A stretch of DNA of 19,770 nt from a virus. Lineage: Duplodnaviria > Heunggongvirae > Uroviricota > Caudoviricetes. A model generated the notes under the pieces. It was not told the DNA's origin. It saw only the letters and a list, made by a program, of their open reading frames with translations, and searched no databases. The stretch lies in IMG/VR virus record IMGVR_UViG_2695420763_000003; one strand, 5' to 3'. Made by a program: the position numbers and the translations under genes. Below are positions 7,961 through 15,173 of the stretch, piece after piece; positions within the stretch are counted from its first letter, which is position 1; every line of letters starts with the position of its first letter.

Positions 7961-7990
7961 ATAAAAAAACCCGCCTGGCGACGGGTGTAA
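7961..7990 (-). terminator. tR'-like intrinsic terminator of the short pR' leader RNA
   Basis: Minus-strand RNA ACCCG-UCGCCAGG-CGGGU followed by UUUUUUUAU, about 40-60 nt downstream of the predicted pR' start. Confidence 0.6.
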
Positions 7991-8033
7991 AAAATCTTCT
8001 AACGTCAGGCATAAAACGCCCATCGTTAGGGCA

Positions 8034-8061
8034 AATTTACCACAGATTCGGGAAAAATCAA
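8034..8061 (-). promoter_or_regulatory. Late promoter pR' with adjacent qut-like region
   Basis: Minus-strand TTGATT (-35, 8061..8056), 16-nt spacer, TAAATT (-10, 8039..8034). The segment GGTAAATTTGCCCTAACGATGGG closely matches the lambda pR' -10/start region GGTAAATTTGACTCAACGATGGG as recalled. It lies directly downstream of Q. Confidence 0.65.
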
Positions 8062-8066
8062 CAAAG

Positions 8067-8888
8067 CTATCTGGTCACCTTTTTCAGTTGTTGTTCTGCC
8101 CATGCTTCTTCAATATCAAACTGCACCACCAGCGTATCGTAAAAACGTTTAACTGTTTTTTTCCATGTATCAAGAGATATGGCATCGGTTACATTACATA
8201 TGGCATTAAATGCCTCCGTTGAAGGTAATCTTTCATAGCCACGACCACCACAACGCTGGCAGTCTCTGATAACAGGCATACCACGTTTTACCGACTCTTC
8301 ACGATGAATGGCAACACCGCGCCCACGACAATCTTTACAGGCAGTGGATACCTCTCCCTTCCCTCCACACTCCGGACAGGCAACTTTTACCACCTCCCTG
8401 ACTTTTTTCCATTCCTCCCAGTAAGACGGATACACGCCTTTTGTGCACTTTGCCCACACTGGCGGCTTACCATCCGGATACTGGATCTTGTTTGTAAAAA
8501 CCTCGCTTTCAATAAATTTTTTTCCGTGACAACAGGGGCACTGTTTTTTGCTCGCCGCGCTACGGGCATAATCTTCAAACGCATACGAAGCCATAATACG
8601 CATCACTGCCGGTTTTATTTCTGCCGGGAGTTTTCTTAACGCCGCCACGCGATCACACCGACTGAGTGCATATTCTGTCAGCAATTCTGTTGCCCGCTCT
8701 CTGTCATTCATACTAATGCCCATTTTCCCAAGGAACGCAGAAAACCCCATCTCAGCCCAATTCTGTGTCATGCCCTGCGCGGCCATCACATCAGTGATAC
8801 TCAGCGTATCTTTCGACGTTGAGGCCGATGCATCAGTCAGGCCGGGGGATTTTGGGGAGTAGTATTTCGGTAAATCTTCCAGTTTCAT
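8067..8888 (-). CDS. Q: Late-gene antiterminator Q (Qin quuQ-like, 273 aa)
   Basis: Sits between rusA and pR'. The N-terminus MKLEDLPKYYSPKSP... resembles Qin-type Q as recalled. Contains four CxxCxGxG-like motifs (CPCCHGKK, CPECGGKG, CKDCRGRG, CQRCGGRG). Start overlaps the rusA stop (ATGA). Confidence 0.8.
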   Translation of the reverse strand: MKLEDLPKYYSPKSPGLTDASASTSKDTLSITDVMAAQGMTQNWAEMGFSAFLGKMGISMNDRERATELLTEYALSRCDRVAALRKLPAEIKPAVMRIMASYAFEDYARSAASKKQCPCCHGKKFIESEVFTNKIQYPDGKPPVWAKCTKGVYPSYWEEWKKVREVVKVACPECGGKGEVSTACKDCRGRGVAIHREESVKRGMPVIRDCQRCGGRGYERLPSTEAFNAICNVTDAISLDTWKKTVKRFYDTLVVQFDIEEAWAEQQLKKVTR

Positions 8889-9259
8889 TTTTTGACCTGC
8901 CCTTCAAGCATTATGGGGTAAATTTTCACCCCCAGACGTCCACCAGATACTGGCTGAGCACGAACGATATTGATTTCATCAAACTGCTCATCGTCCATTA
9001 GCAACCCCGCATGCGTCAGCGCATCCAGCGGCGCTTTCAGAATATTGTCCAGGTCACGGCGGCGCTTATCCGGTGGCTCGGCAATAATCTTTATCGCCAG
9101 CCTTCCGGACAGGCTTAATTTCAGCCGCTGCTGGCGAACAATAAGCGCCACAGCCCGGCGATAACGCTCACCGGCTTTTGATACAAAATATGTGCTGCCA
9201 CGACGTCGCCAGTAGGTGTTCACCGTCGGCGGGTAAAGCAAAACAAACTCTATACGCAT
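8885..9259 (-). CDS. rusA: Holliday-junction resolvase RusA
   Basis: 124-aa ORF with RusA family motifs (...PPDKRRRDLDNILKAPLDALTHAGLLMDDEQ...). AGAGG RBS upstream. Confidence 0.9.
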   Translation of the reverse strand: MRIEFVLLYPPTVNTYWRRRGSTYFVSKAGERYRRAVALIVRQQRLKLSLSGRLAIKIIAEPPDKRRRDLDNILKAPLDALTHAGLLMDDEQFDEINIVRAQPVSGGRLGVKIYPIMLEGQVKK

Positions 9260-9271
9260 CAGTAACCTCTT

Positions 9272-10318
9272 TTACCCGAGCACGCCGGTTGCAAAGGCGT
9301 GATCAAGAAAACGAAAAATTAAATCAACCTGGGAACCATGCTTTTCTTCAAATGCCAGCGGATCAGCATGAAGTTCGTTGTGATGCTCCCGACACAACGG
9401 TAGCGTGAAAATATCGTGGGCTTTTGTCCCTATTCCGCCCTGACCATGACCAATCAGGTGATGGGGATCGTCGGCTGGCTTACCACAACACGCACACGGC
9501 TGTGTCTTTACCCAGCGTGTGTATTTCTCATTTACCCAGCGGCGACGTTTAGGTCGCTTCATTAAAGATTCCGGAGACTCCGGATCAACAGCAATGCTGA
9601 CCACCGTCTTTTCCTGTGGCGGGTTTTGCTGGTGGGCGTGAGGCAGCGGCGCAAGATTTTTTGTGCGCTGCTTCAGTATGCTGGTGGCGGTCGGTTCTCC
9701 CGGTATGATGTCGCTTTCGCGGTACACCGGGCGGATTTTTTCCGCACGTAATCCCAGCGAACGACGCAATACTGCCTCCGGTAGCGCGTCCGCCACCTGA
9801 TTGCAGACAGCCCACCAGGATAATTCAGCCAGCGATAATTCCCGCTCCTGCGTGCCATTCATTGCATGGCGTATGACGTCAATCATCCATGCTGACAGGT
9901 TTTGGTGAGCAAGTTGCCCGAGTGATTCGGAAGTCTGGTCACGCAGCTGGTTGTCGCAGTGCCAGCACAACACCATCGCGCCGGTACCGTAACGATGTAT
10001 GACGGTTTCACTGTGATGGTAGTCACCATGAGGCCACTGGCAGGATTTGACATGACGCAGGAGCCAGTCAGACAGTGCACCAGCACCGCCTGCAGCGCGA
10101 ATCACCCGTTCGTTTCTGAAAAATGGCAGTAATGATTTATCTTCCGCCAGCGGCTGGCGAACGGCAGGAACGACCCCGGACGACAGATTACGCATGCTTT
10201 TCGGTTCAGGCTCCACCAGCACTCGAGGGTTATGAAATACCTGCATGGATTCACGGCCCGGCTTAACGATCACCAGCCCGAGTTCCGGTACCAGAACAGG
10301 TCGAAGTAATACCCGCAC
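9272..10318 (-). CDS. ydfU: DUF968-family protein with C-terminal HNH-like Cys/His motif (Qin YdfU-like)
   Basis: 348-aa MRVLLRPVLVPELGLVIVKPGRES... ending ...CACCGKPADDPHHLIGHGQGG...CREHHNELH. Matches my recollection of Qin YdfU. GTG start. Confidence 0.75.
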   Translation of the reverse strand: MRVLLRPVLVPELGLVIVKPGRESMQVFHNPRVLVEPEPKSMRNLSSGVVPAVRQPLAEDKSLLPFFRNERVIRAAGGAGALSDWLLRHVKSCQWPHGDYHHSETVIHRYGTGAMVLCWHCDNQLRDQTSESLGQLAHQNLSAWMIDVIRHAMNGTQERELSLAELSWWAVCNQVADALPEAVLRRSLGLRAEKIRPVYRESDIIPGEPTATSILKQRTKNLAPLPHAHQQNPPQEKTVVSIAVDPESPESLMKRPKRRRWVNEKYTRWVKTQPCACCGKPADDPHHLIGHGQGGIGTKAHDIFTLPLCREHHNELHADPLAFEEKHGSQVDLIFRFLDHAFATGVLG

Positions 10319-10319
10319 G

Positions 10320-10598
10320 TTACCTCCAGATGCGTTGCTGGAATGTGCGGGACGGACGCGGTGGGCGTTCGGAGTAAGGAAGCCTGACGGAGATTATCCA
10401 GTGACGATAATCGAGGCTGAGGGCTTTCTTAATCTCGTATCCGTGTCTGCGGTAGCACTGAATTAGCCACTCGGCCTGTTCTTCAGTGCATGGGGGATGC
10501 TGGAACCAGTCAGATTTGAAAGTGCGGGAACGCCGCCCGTGCCTGCTGGCAAAGACGGCAGAATCATCAGAATTGTATAATTTGGTATCGTGCGCCAT
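10320..10598 (-). CDS. rem: Small hypothetical protein in the position of Qin rem
   Basis: Track ORF 10320..10679 starts at a TTG that overlaps the hok terminator. I prefer the internal ATG at 10598 (MAHDTKLYNSDDSAVF..., 92 aa). Assignment to rem is by synteny (ydfU-rem-hokD) only. Confidence 0.35.
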   Translation of the reverse strand: MAHDTKLYNSDDSAVFASRHGRRSRTFKSDWFQHPPCTEEQAEWLIQCYRRHGYEIKKALSLDYRHWIISVRLPYSERPPRPSRTFQQRIWR

Positions 10599-10667
10599 CG
10601 GTTGTCTCTGCTGGCGCAGCAGGTGCCAGTTGTTCAGGCTGGCGTGCGAATTGTAAACCAGAATGCC

Positions 10668-10698
10668 AGGAAAAAACAAAACCCGCCGAAGCGGGTTA
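10668..10698 (-). terminator. Intrinsic terminator of the hok mRNA
   Basis: Minus-strand RNA AACCCGC-UUCG-GCGGGUU followed by UUGUUUUUUCC. Preceded by a 9-bp hairpin GGCGAGGGA-GAAA-UCCCUCGCC in the 3' UTR (about 10734-10755). Confidence 0.5.
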
Positions 10699-10765
10699 AG
10701 TGCGGGTGCGTTGAGGATGCCTGATTCATCAGAGGTGGCGAGGGATTTCTCCCTCGCCGGGTCTC

Positions 10766-10921
10766 TTACTCCTCAGGTTCGTAAGCTGTGAAGACAGCGA
10801 CCTCCGTCTGGCCGGTTCGGATTCGTACCTCGCAGAGGTCTTTCCTCGTTACCAGTGCCGTCACTATGACGGTTAAACAGATGACGATCAGGGCGATTAA
10901 CATCGCCTTTTGCTGCTTCAT
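10766..10921 (-). CDS. hokD: Type I toxin Hok (HokD/RelF-like, 51 aa)
   Basis: MKQQKAMLIALIVICLTVIVTALVTRKDLCEVRIRTGQTEVAVFTAYEPEE with AAGGAG RBS. The track ORF 10766..10978 adds an in-frame 19-codon upstream extension (mok-like). The upstream leader carries a 9-bp inverted repeat (11043-11051 / 11070-11078). Confidence 0.9.
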   Translation of the reverse strand: MKQQKAMLIALIVICLTVIVTALVTRKDLCEVRIRTGQTEVAVFTAYEPEE

Positions 10922-11166
10922 AGCCTGCTTCTCCTTGCCTTTCGGCGCGTAAGAGGCTAACCTACATGTGTCTAGCATGAAATTGGCCTCAGATTAATGT
11001 TAGGCGTCTTGCAGGACGCGTAATGTTAACTGGGGCTTTTCTCTGTCTGCCTTACGGTGGCATGCCCGAGGCAGACAGCCTCAAGCGCCCGCAGCAATTC
11101 TACTTAACTCTCGCTTTACCGCAAACCGTTTTTACCCGATATGGGAATTCCCATATCGTAATGAAT

Positions 11167-11271
11167 TTAGTTCCCTAGTCGATCCATCAAAAACACAACC
11201 AGGCAGTAAACGCCCACAACAGCAATAACAGCCAGCGCACCTTCCATTGCCAGTGAGATATCATCCGACAT
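11167..11271 (-). CDS. Putative 34-aa small membrane protein
   Basis: AAGGAGGG RBS 4-5 nt before the ATG at 11271. Translation is MSDDISLAMEGALAVIAVVGVYCLVVFLMDRLGN, one predicted TM helix. Too short for the ORF track. Confidence 0.3.
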   Translation of the reverse strand: MSDDISLAMEGALAVIAVVGVYCLVVFLMDRLGN

Positions 11272-11306
11272 ATTCCCTCCTTTGGTGTTAATCCCGGCGA
11301 ACGTTT

Positions 11307-11390
11307 TTACCCCCACCGACAAATAACATATACTAAAAAAGCGATAGCCATAGCAACGCCTGTAATTGCAAATGCTTCAGGCCAGTTCAT
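11307..11390 (-). CDS. Putative 27-aa small hydrophobic protein, start overlapping the stop of the upstream 197-aa gene
   Basis: ATG at 11390..11388 overlaps TGA at 11389..11387 (ATGA). GGAGG lies 8 nt upstream. Translation is MNWPEAFAITGVAMAIAFLVYVICRWG. Confidence 0.3.
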   Translation of the reverse strand: MNWPEAFAITGVAMAIAFLVYVICRWG

Positions 11391-11980
11391 TGGCACACCT
11401 CCTGCGGCGGTTCTGGTAGCGGCATCCAGTGTGACGGTTTCCACGACGCACCAGGAATTATCCACCCATCATTAGCGTCAGGATGCCCCGGGATGTAAGT
11501 CGCCCACTTCATTCGCCAGTCACCTTTCCTGTCAAACTCCACGGCAACAAGAACGGCTGTTTTGGTATCCGGCATTCGCTCACTACAGCTTATCCAACCA
11601 TCCGGAGTTACCGGATAGTTGGTTGACGTTTCCGAGATTTCCCGAAAATTATTGGTTGACGAACCCTTATTTTCCCGAAAGTTTCCAGCCTGAAGCATGG
11701 CGGCGCGGTGACACCAGATAATCCAGCCAAGCGCCATATCCCATGCCATGTATTCTCTATCGCCATTTTTTGCTCTGCGGCGATCTACAGATTCTCCGAA
11801 ACGCTTCTCCATAAATAATTCATAGGCTGCTCGTTCATCCGATACTGCTGCCAGTGATGCCAGCGCAATCCGTGCCAGCTCTTCCGCTTCTTCTGCTGGC
11901 AGTACAACGTTGCTACCAGGTCCGTATGTTTCGCGCCACTCCTTGATTGTCAGCAGTCGCTCTTTGGTAATAGTGATCAT
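11387..11980 (-). CDS. Hypothetical protein with C-terminal DUF551-like region
   Basis: 197-aa ORF. The C-terminal Trp-rich segment GWISCSERMPDTKTAVLVAVEF...WMPLPEPP resembles DUF551 of lambdoid nin-region proteins, from memory. Confidence 0.55.
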   Translation of the reverse strand: MITITKERLLTIKEWRETYGPGSNVVLPAEEAEELARIALASLAAVSDERAAYELFMEKRFGESVDRRRAKNGDREYMAWDMALGWIIWCHRAAMLQAGNFRENKGSSTNNFREISETSTNYPVTPDGWISCSERMPDTKTAVLVAVEFDRKGDWRMKWATYIPGHPDANDGWIIPGASWKPSHWMPLPEPPQEVCQ

Positions 11981-12492
11981 GCCGCGTTTCCTTCTTTCTT
12001 ATTAACAATTACACCGTCATATATTTCATTAAGGTGCCCTCTCAACTCCATGCGCCTTAATGCAGATAACATGTAATCGCATTCAACCTGCTTATTCCCA
12101 ATAAAAGGTTTATCTTCAGGGTTACCCCAACAGCAATTCCCCTTGGGCCATCCATGTACTTTCCGTACTCTTCCGTTAACAACGTGAAGTAATCCCCAGC
12201 CAGGAGGTAAATCCTCAATTGAAATAATTCCCGGCTCACTAATAAAGAATCGCCAGTCGCCCATGCCAAGTGAGGGATTTTTACGGAAACGCTTTTTTCT
12301 ATCTGCCAACAAATCAGCACGAGAACACTTCGCCTCTATCAGGCATGATGCTGAATTTCTGAATCCCATAGCATCTGGCTGTTCTCCGGTACTGGTTACA
12401 GCTATAAAGCGGTCATGAAAACAAACCTTGAACCCGTTGCGCTTAAGGAACTTGTACGCAATCTGACAGAGTTCGCGGTGTGTTAACGCCAT
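11977..12492 (-). CDS. Hypothetical protein with a PD-(D/E)XK nuclease-like motif
   Basis: 171-aa ORF. GEQPDAMGFRNSASCLIEAKCS contains a PD...ExK pattern typical of restriction-endonuclease-fold nucleases. Start overlaps the upstream stop. Confidence 0.5.
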   Translation of the reverse strand: MALTHRELCQIAYKFLKRNGFKVCFHDRFIAVTSTGEQPDAMGFRNSASCLIEAKCSRADLLADRKKRFRKNPSLGMGDWRFFISEPGIISIEDLPPGWGLLHVVNGRVRKVHGWPKGNCCWGNPEDKPFIGNKQVECDYMLSALRRMELRGHLNEIYDGVIVNKKEGNAA

Positions 12493-12493
12493 A

Positions 12494-12931
12494 TCACTCT
12501 CCTTTGATGCGAATGCCAGCGACGCGTAATGCGTGTTCTAGGTCAATCAGGTAAAGCCAACTGCCATTTTCTTTAGGTATCATGACATGTCGCTCATCTG
12601 CATTTATCGGGTGTCCATATCGAAGGTCGTAGCGAGTCGGTAATTGAACTTCCCGCGCTTCCAGTTCAGCAATACGCTTGCTCCCATCAGAGATAACGCC
12701 TTCGTAATACTCACGCTGCTCGTTGAGTTGTGATTTTGCTTCTTCCAGTCCATCCAGCAAATCAGCGATAATATCCGCTTCCCGATGACGGATGTGACGC
12801 TTAAACGCAGCAAGAGCCGCATCACAATCCCGTTCAGCATTTGGGCTGTCCGGGATAGCCTGATACCACGCCAGCGTCGACTGATAGTTTTGTGCTGCCT
12901 CACGAAGCGCCTCATAGTTAACCTCTCTCAT
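12494..12931 (-). CDS. Hypothetical protein (145 aa), nin-region accessory gene
   Basis: Complete ORF, tightly packed in an operon-like array. No recognised domain. Confidence 0.5.
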   Translation of the reverse strand: MREVNYEALREAAQNYQSTLAWYQAIPDSPNAERDCDAALAAFKRHIRHREADIIADLLDGLEEAKSQLNEQREYYEGVISDGSKRIAELEAREVQLPTRYDLRYGHPINADERHVMIPKENGSWLYLIDLEHALRVAGIRIKGE

Positions 12932-13293
12932 TGAGCCACCTCCTGATAAATCACCGCATGCCCCAGTTTCTCCGCCAGTGCCAGCTCTGCCTTAGCGCCC
13001 GCTGACCGCTGCCAGCCATTCAGCATGTAAATCGCATCCACACAACGAATCATTGCCATGCAAATATCCATGTAGTGCGGCTGTGTCAGCCCGTCCGGAA
13101 GTACTGCCGGGGTTAAGACGGTATGCCCTTCCCGTTTCAGTTCCTCTTCCGCCTTGTGAAACGCCTCACGGTTGAAATTTTCATATCCCGTCATTGGACC
13201 GGCAATATAAACTCTCACCCTCACTCCATCACCTCCTGAAAGTTTCCCCGATAGAACGCCAGCACACGCTGCATAACTTCGCTCTGGCGGCAC
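12928..13293 (-). CDS. DUF4406-like (nucleoside 2-deoxyribosyltransferase-like fold) protein
   Basis: VYIAGPMTGYENFNREAFHKAEEELKREGHTVLTPAV...DAIYMLNGWQRSAGAKAELALAEKLG matches the DUF4406 pattern as recalled. The true start may be the GTG at 13218 rather than the ATG at 13293. Confidence 0.55.
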   Translation of the reverse strand: MPPERSYAACAGVLSGKLSGGDGVRVRVYIAGPMTGYENFNREAFHKAEEELKREGHTVLTPAVLPDGLTQPHYMDICMAMIRCVDAIYMLNGWQRSAGAKAELALAEKLGHAVIYQEVAQ

Positions 13294-13628
13294 TCACGAC
13301 AAATTATGTTCTGCCGTCTGTTGTAACGACGTATTTCTCCGTCAGGTAACTTTCGAATCAGTGTCGGGTCAGCAGCCTTCTCCGGTGTCTTACGCCATAC
13401 GCGATACGCCTGCTCTGATGGAAATACCCCGCAATCAGAGAGCCAGACATCACCACTGGCCGCAAGCGCACCAGATAAACGACGAATAGCGGTCTTACTG
13501 ACACCCGTTTTATCTGCCAGTTGTCGAAAAGTTTCTCGTCCGCTCAGGCGCACGAATTCCACAATGCGCGCCTTCACTTCTTCCCGCTCTTCTGGTGTAA
13601 ATACTTTTGCCATAAGCGCCTCCGGCAA
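13221..13628 (-). CDS. Hypothetical HTH-containing protein (135 aa)
   Basis: Helix-turn-helix-like segment RETFRQLADKTGVSKTAIRRL near the N-terminus. Confidence 0.5.
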   Translation of the reverse strand: MPEALMAKVFTPEEREEVKARIVEFVRLSGRETFRQLADKTGVSKTAIRRLSGALAASGDVWLSDCGVFPSEQAYRVWRKTPEKAADPTLIRKLPDGEIRRYNRRQNIICRECRQSEVMQRVLAFYRGNFQEVME

Positions 13629-14399
13629 TCACTTTTCCGATACAACACGGCGGGAAGAATCAGTAATCTGTCGAACAATATCCCGGTGCTTGTTCAGCTC
13701 CCGCAGCGCGGCGCAGACTCGCTCCCACTTCTGAACATCACTTTTCGCCCTGCGCAGCGCCAGGTTTGCCCTGCGAAGGGACGGAAAAATCAGCTCATCT
13801 GCTTGCGTTTCGGTAAACGATGGCAACGGCTGCACAATGTCCGCCACAGTTTCTGTTTTAATTTCTTCCTGTGTTGCGGCTTCCCGGACTGGTAACGCAG
13901 CACCTGCTGGCTGAGGAAAGGCCTTACCATCACTTTCCGTTACCAGCGCGGCTTTCGGCTCTGCTGGTAAATTATCGCCCGGCATGCAGTAACGAAATTT
14001 ACCGTTCTGATTAACGCGTGCCAGCCGCCCCGTTGCGGTTACCACCGCCAGCGTGGAAGCAACCTTGCGAGTACTGACACCGAACTTACCCGCCAGTTCC
14101 TCACACGTTTTAGCCCCATCCTGACCGATAAACTCAATCATCATGTCTGCGGTAACTTTTTGTTCGACCTCCCCGGTCAGCATATCCTGTGCTTCAGATT
14201 TTACTGGCCGCTCTTCGGTTACCCGGGATTCACCTTCGCCAGCCAGAAACCAGGTGTGACCAGTTTTATCAACGACGCCATTTCTTTTGAGTTCCCACAG
14301 CTCGTTGACAGCCTCTTCACGACTGATTCCAAGGCGAGCTGCCACCACATGTGAAGAGGCTTTTTTCAGTGCTTTCAGTGCGTCAGATACGGTTTCCAT
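13629..14399 (-). CDS. Hypothetical protein with two winged-helix-like segments (possibly DUF1627-like)
   Basis: 256-aa ORF directly downstream of the DnaC-like gene. Two wHTH-like segments: SHVVAARLGISREEAVNELWELKRNGVV and TCEELAGKFGVSTRKVASTLAVVTATGRL. Confidence 0.55.
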   Translation of the reverse strand: METVSDALKALKKASSHVVAARLGISREEAVNELWELKRNGVVDKTGHTWFLAGEGESRVTEERPVKSEAQDMLTGEVEQKVTADMMIEFIGQDGAKTCEELAGKFGVSTRKVASTLAVVTATGRLARVNQNGKFRYCMPGDNLPAEPKAALVTESDGKAFPQPAGAALPVREAATQEEIKTETVADIVQPLPSFTETQADELIFPSLRRANLALRRAKSDVQKWERVCAALRELNKHRDIVRQITDSSRRVVSEK

Positions 14400-14420
14400 T
14401 AAAATTTCCTCCGGACAAAA

Positions 14421-15167
14421 TTACTTCACAACCCTCATATTGCTGACATTTGGACGCCAGCTATCCCAGTTAAACGTCACCCATCGACCACCGTTCATGG
14501 TCATGCGGTCCATAATCCTCTCACCAAGAAGCGTACTCATTGCGGCATGATTCAGGTTTGTTAACATCCCGACACTGCACAGTGATGCTGTCCGGCGATC
14601 AATTATCTGGTGCAATACCACCTGCTCGTTTTTCGTCTCACGCTGAACGCCTATTTCATCCAGGACCAGCAAATCAACCCCGCAAAGCTCCTGTAAAAAT
14701 TTTTCCCCGGATTTGCCGTTGTCGTAGCTGTCATGCAACACGCTCATGACGTCAGACACGGTGACGATAATCACGCTGCGCCCCTTCACCATCAGCCGGT
14801 TGCCCATCGCCGCTGCAAGGTGATTTTTCCCGGTGCCGGTTTTACCGCTGAACACAAAATTCGTGCACCCGGTCATCAGTTCGTCAGCTATGGATTTGGC
14901 CTGGCTCAGCGCGTATTTTTGCCCGTCGTTCTGCACCTGATAATTTGCAAACGAGCATTTGCTGTGCAGAGGCTGGATGCCCGAACGATTCAGGATTTTT
15001 TCCACCCGCAACTGGCGATTCTGGCGGTTAATCTCCTCGCTGCGTTTTCGTCCTTCAGCAAGTTGCCATTCCCGCCACTCCTCCACCGTCCGGTACGGTG
15101 GAACCGACCCCTGTGGTGCAAGTCTGCGAATACGTTCAAGAACCCCAACTGCCGCAATGTTTTTCAT
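14421..15167 (-). CDS. DnaC-like replicative helicase loader (IstB-type AAA+ ATPase)
   Basis: 248-aa ORF with Walker A FSGKTGTGKNHLAAAMG and Walker B LLVLDEIG. Confidence 0.9.
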   Translation of the reverse strand: MKNIAAVGVLERIRRLAPQGSVPPYRTVEEWREWQLAEGRKRSEEINRQNRQLRVEKILNRSGIQPLHSKCSFANYQVQNDGQKYALSQAKSIADELMTGCTNFVFSGKTGTGKNHLAAAMGNRLMVKGRSVIIVTVSDVMSVLHDSYDNGKSGEKFLQELCGVDLLVLDEIGVQRETKNEQVVLHQIIDRRTASLCSVGMLTNLNHAAMSTLLGERIMDRMTMNGGRWVTFNWDSWRPNVSNMRVVK

Positions 15168-15173
15168 GACACG

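Noticed and set aside
10766-10978. 70-aa track ORF as a distinct larger toxin
   Set aside because: Its C-terminal 51 residues are a canonical Hok with its own AAGGAG RBS. The N-terminal 19 codons are more likely a mok-like upstream frame or a chance extension.
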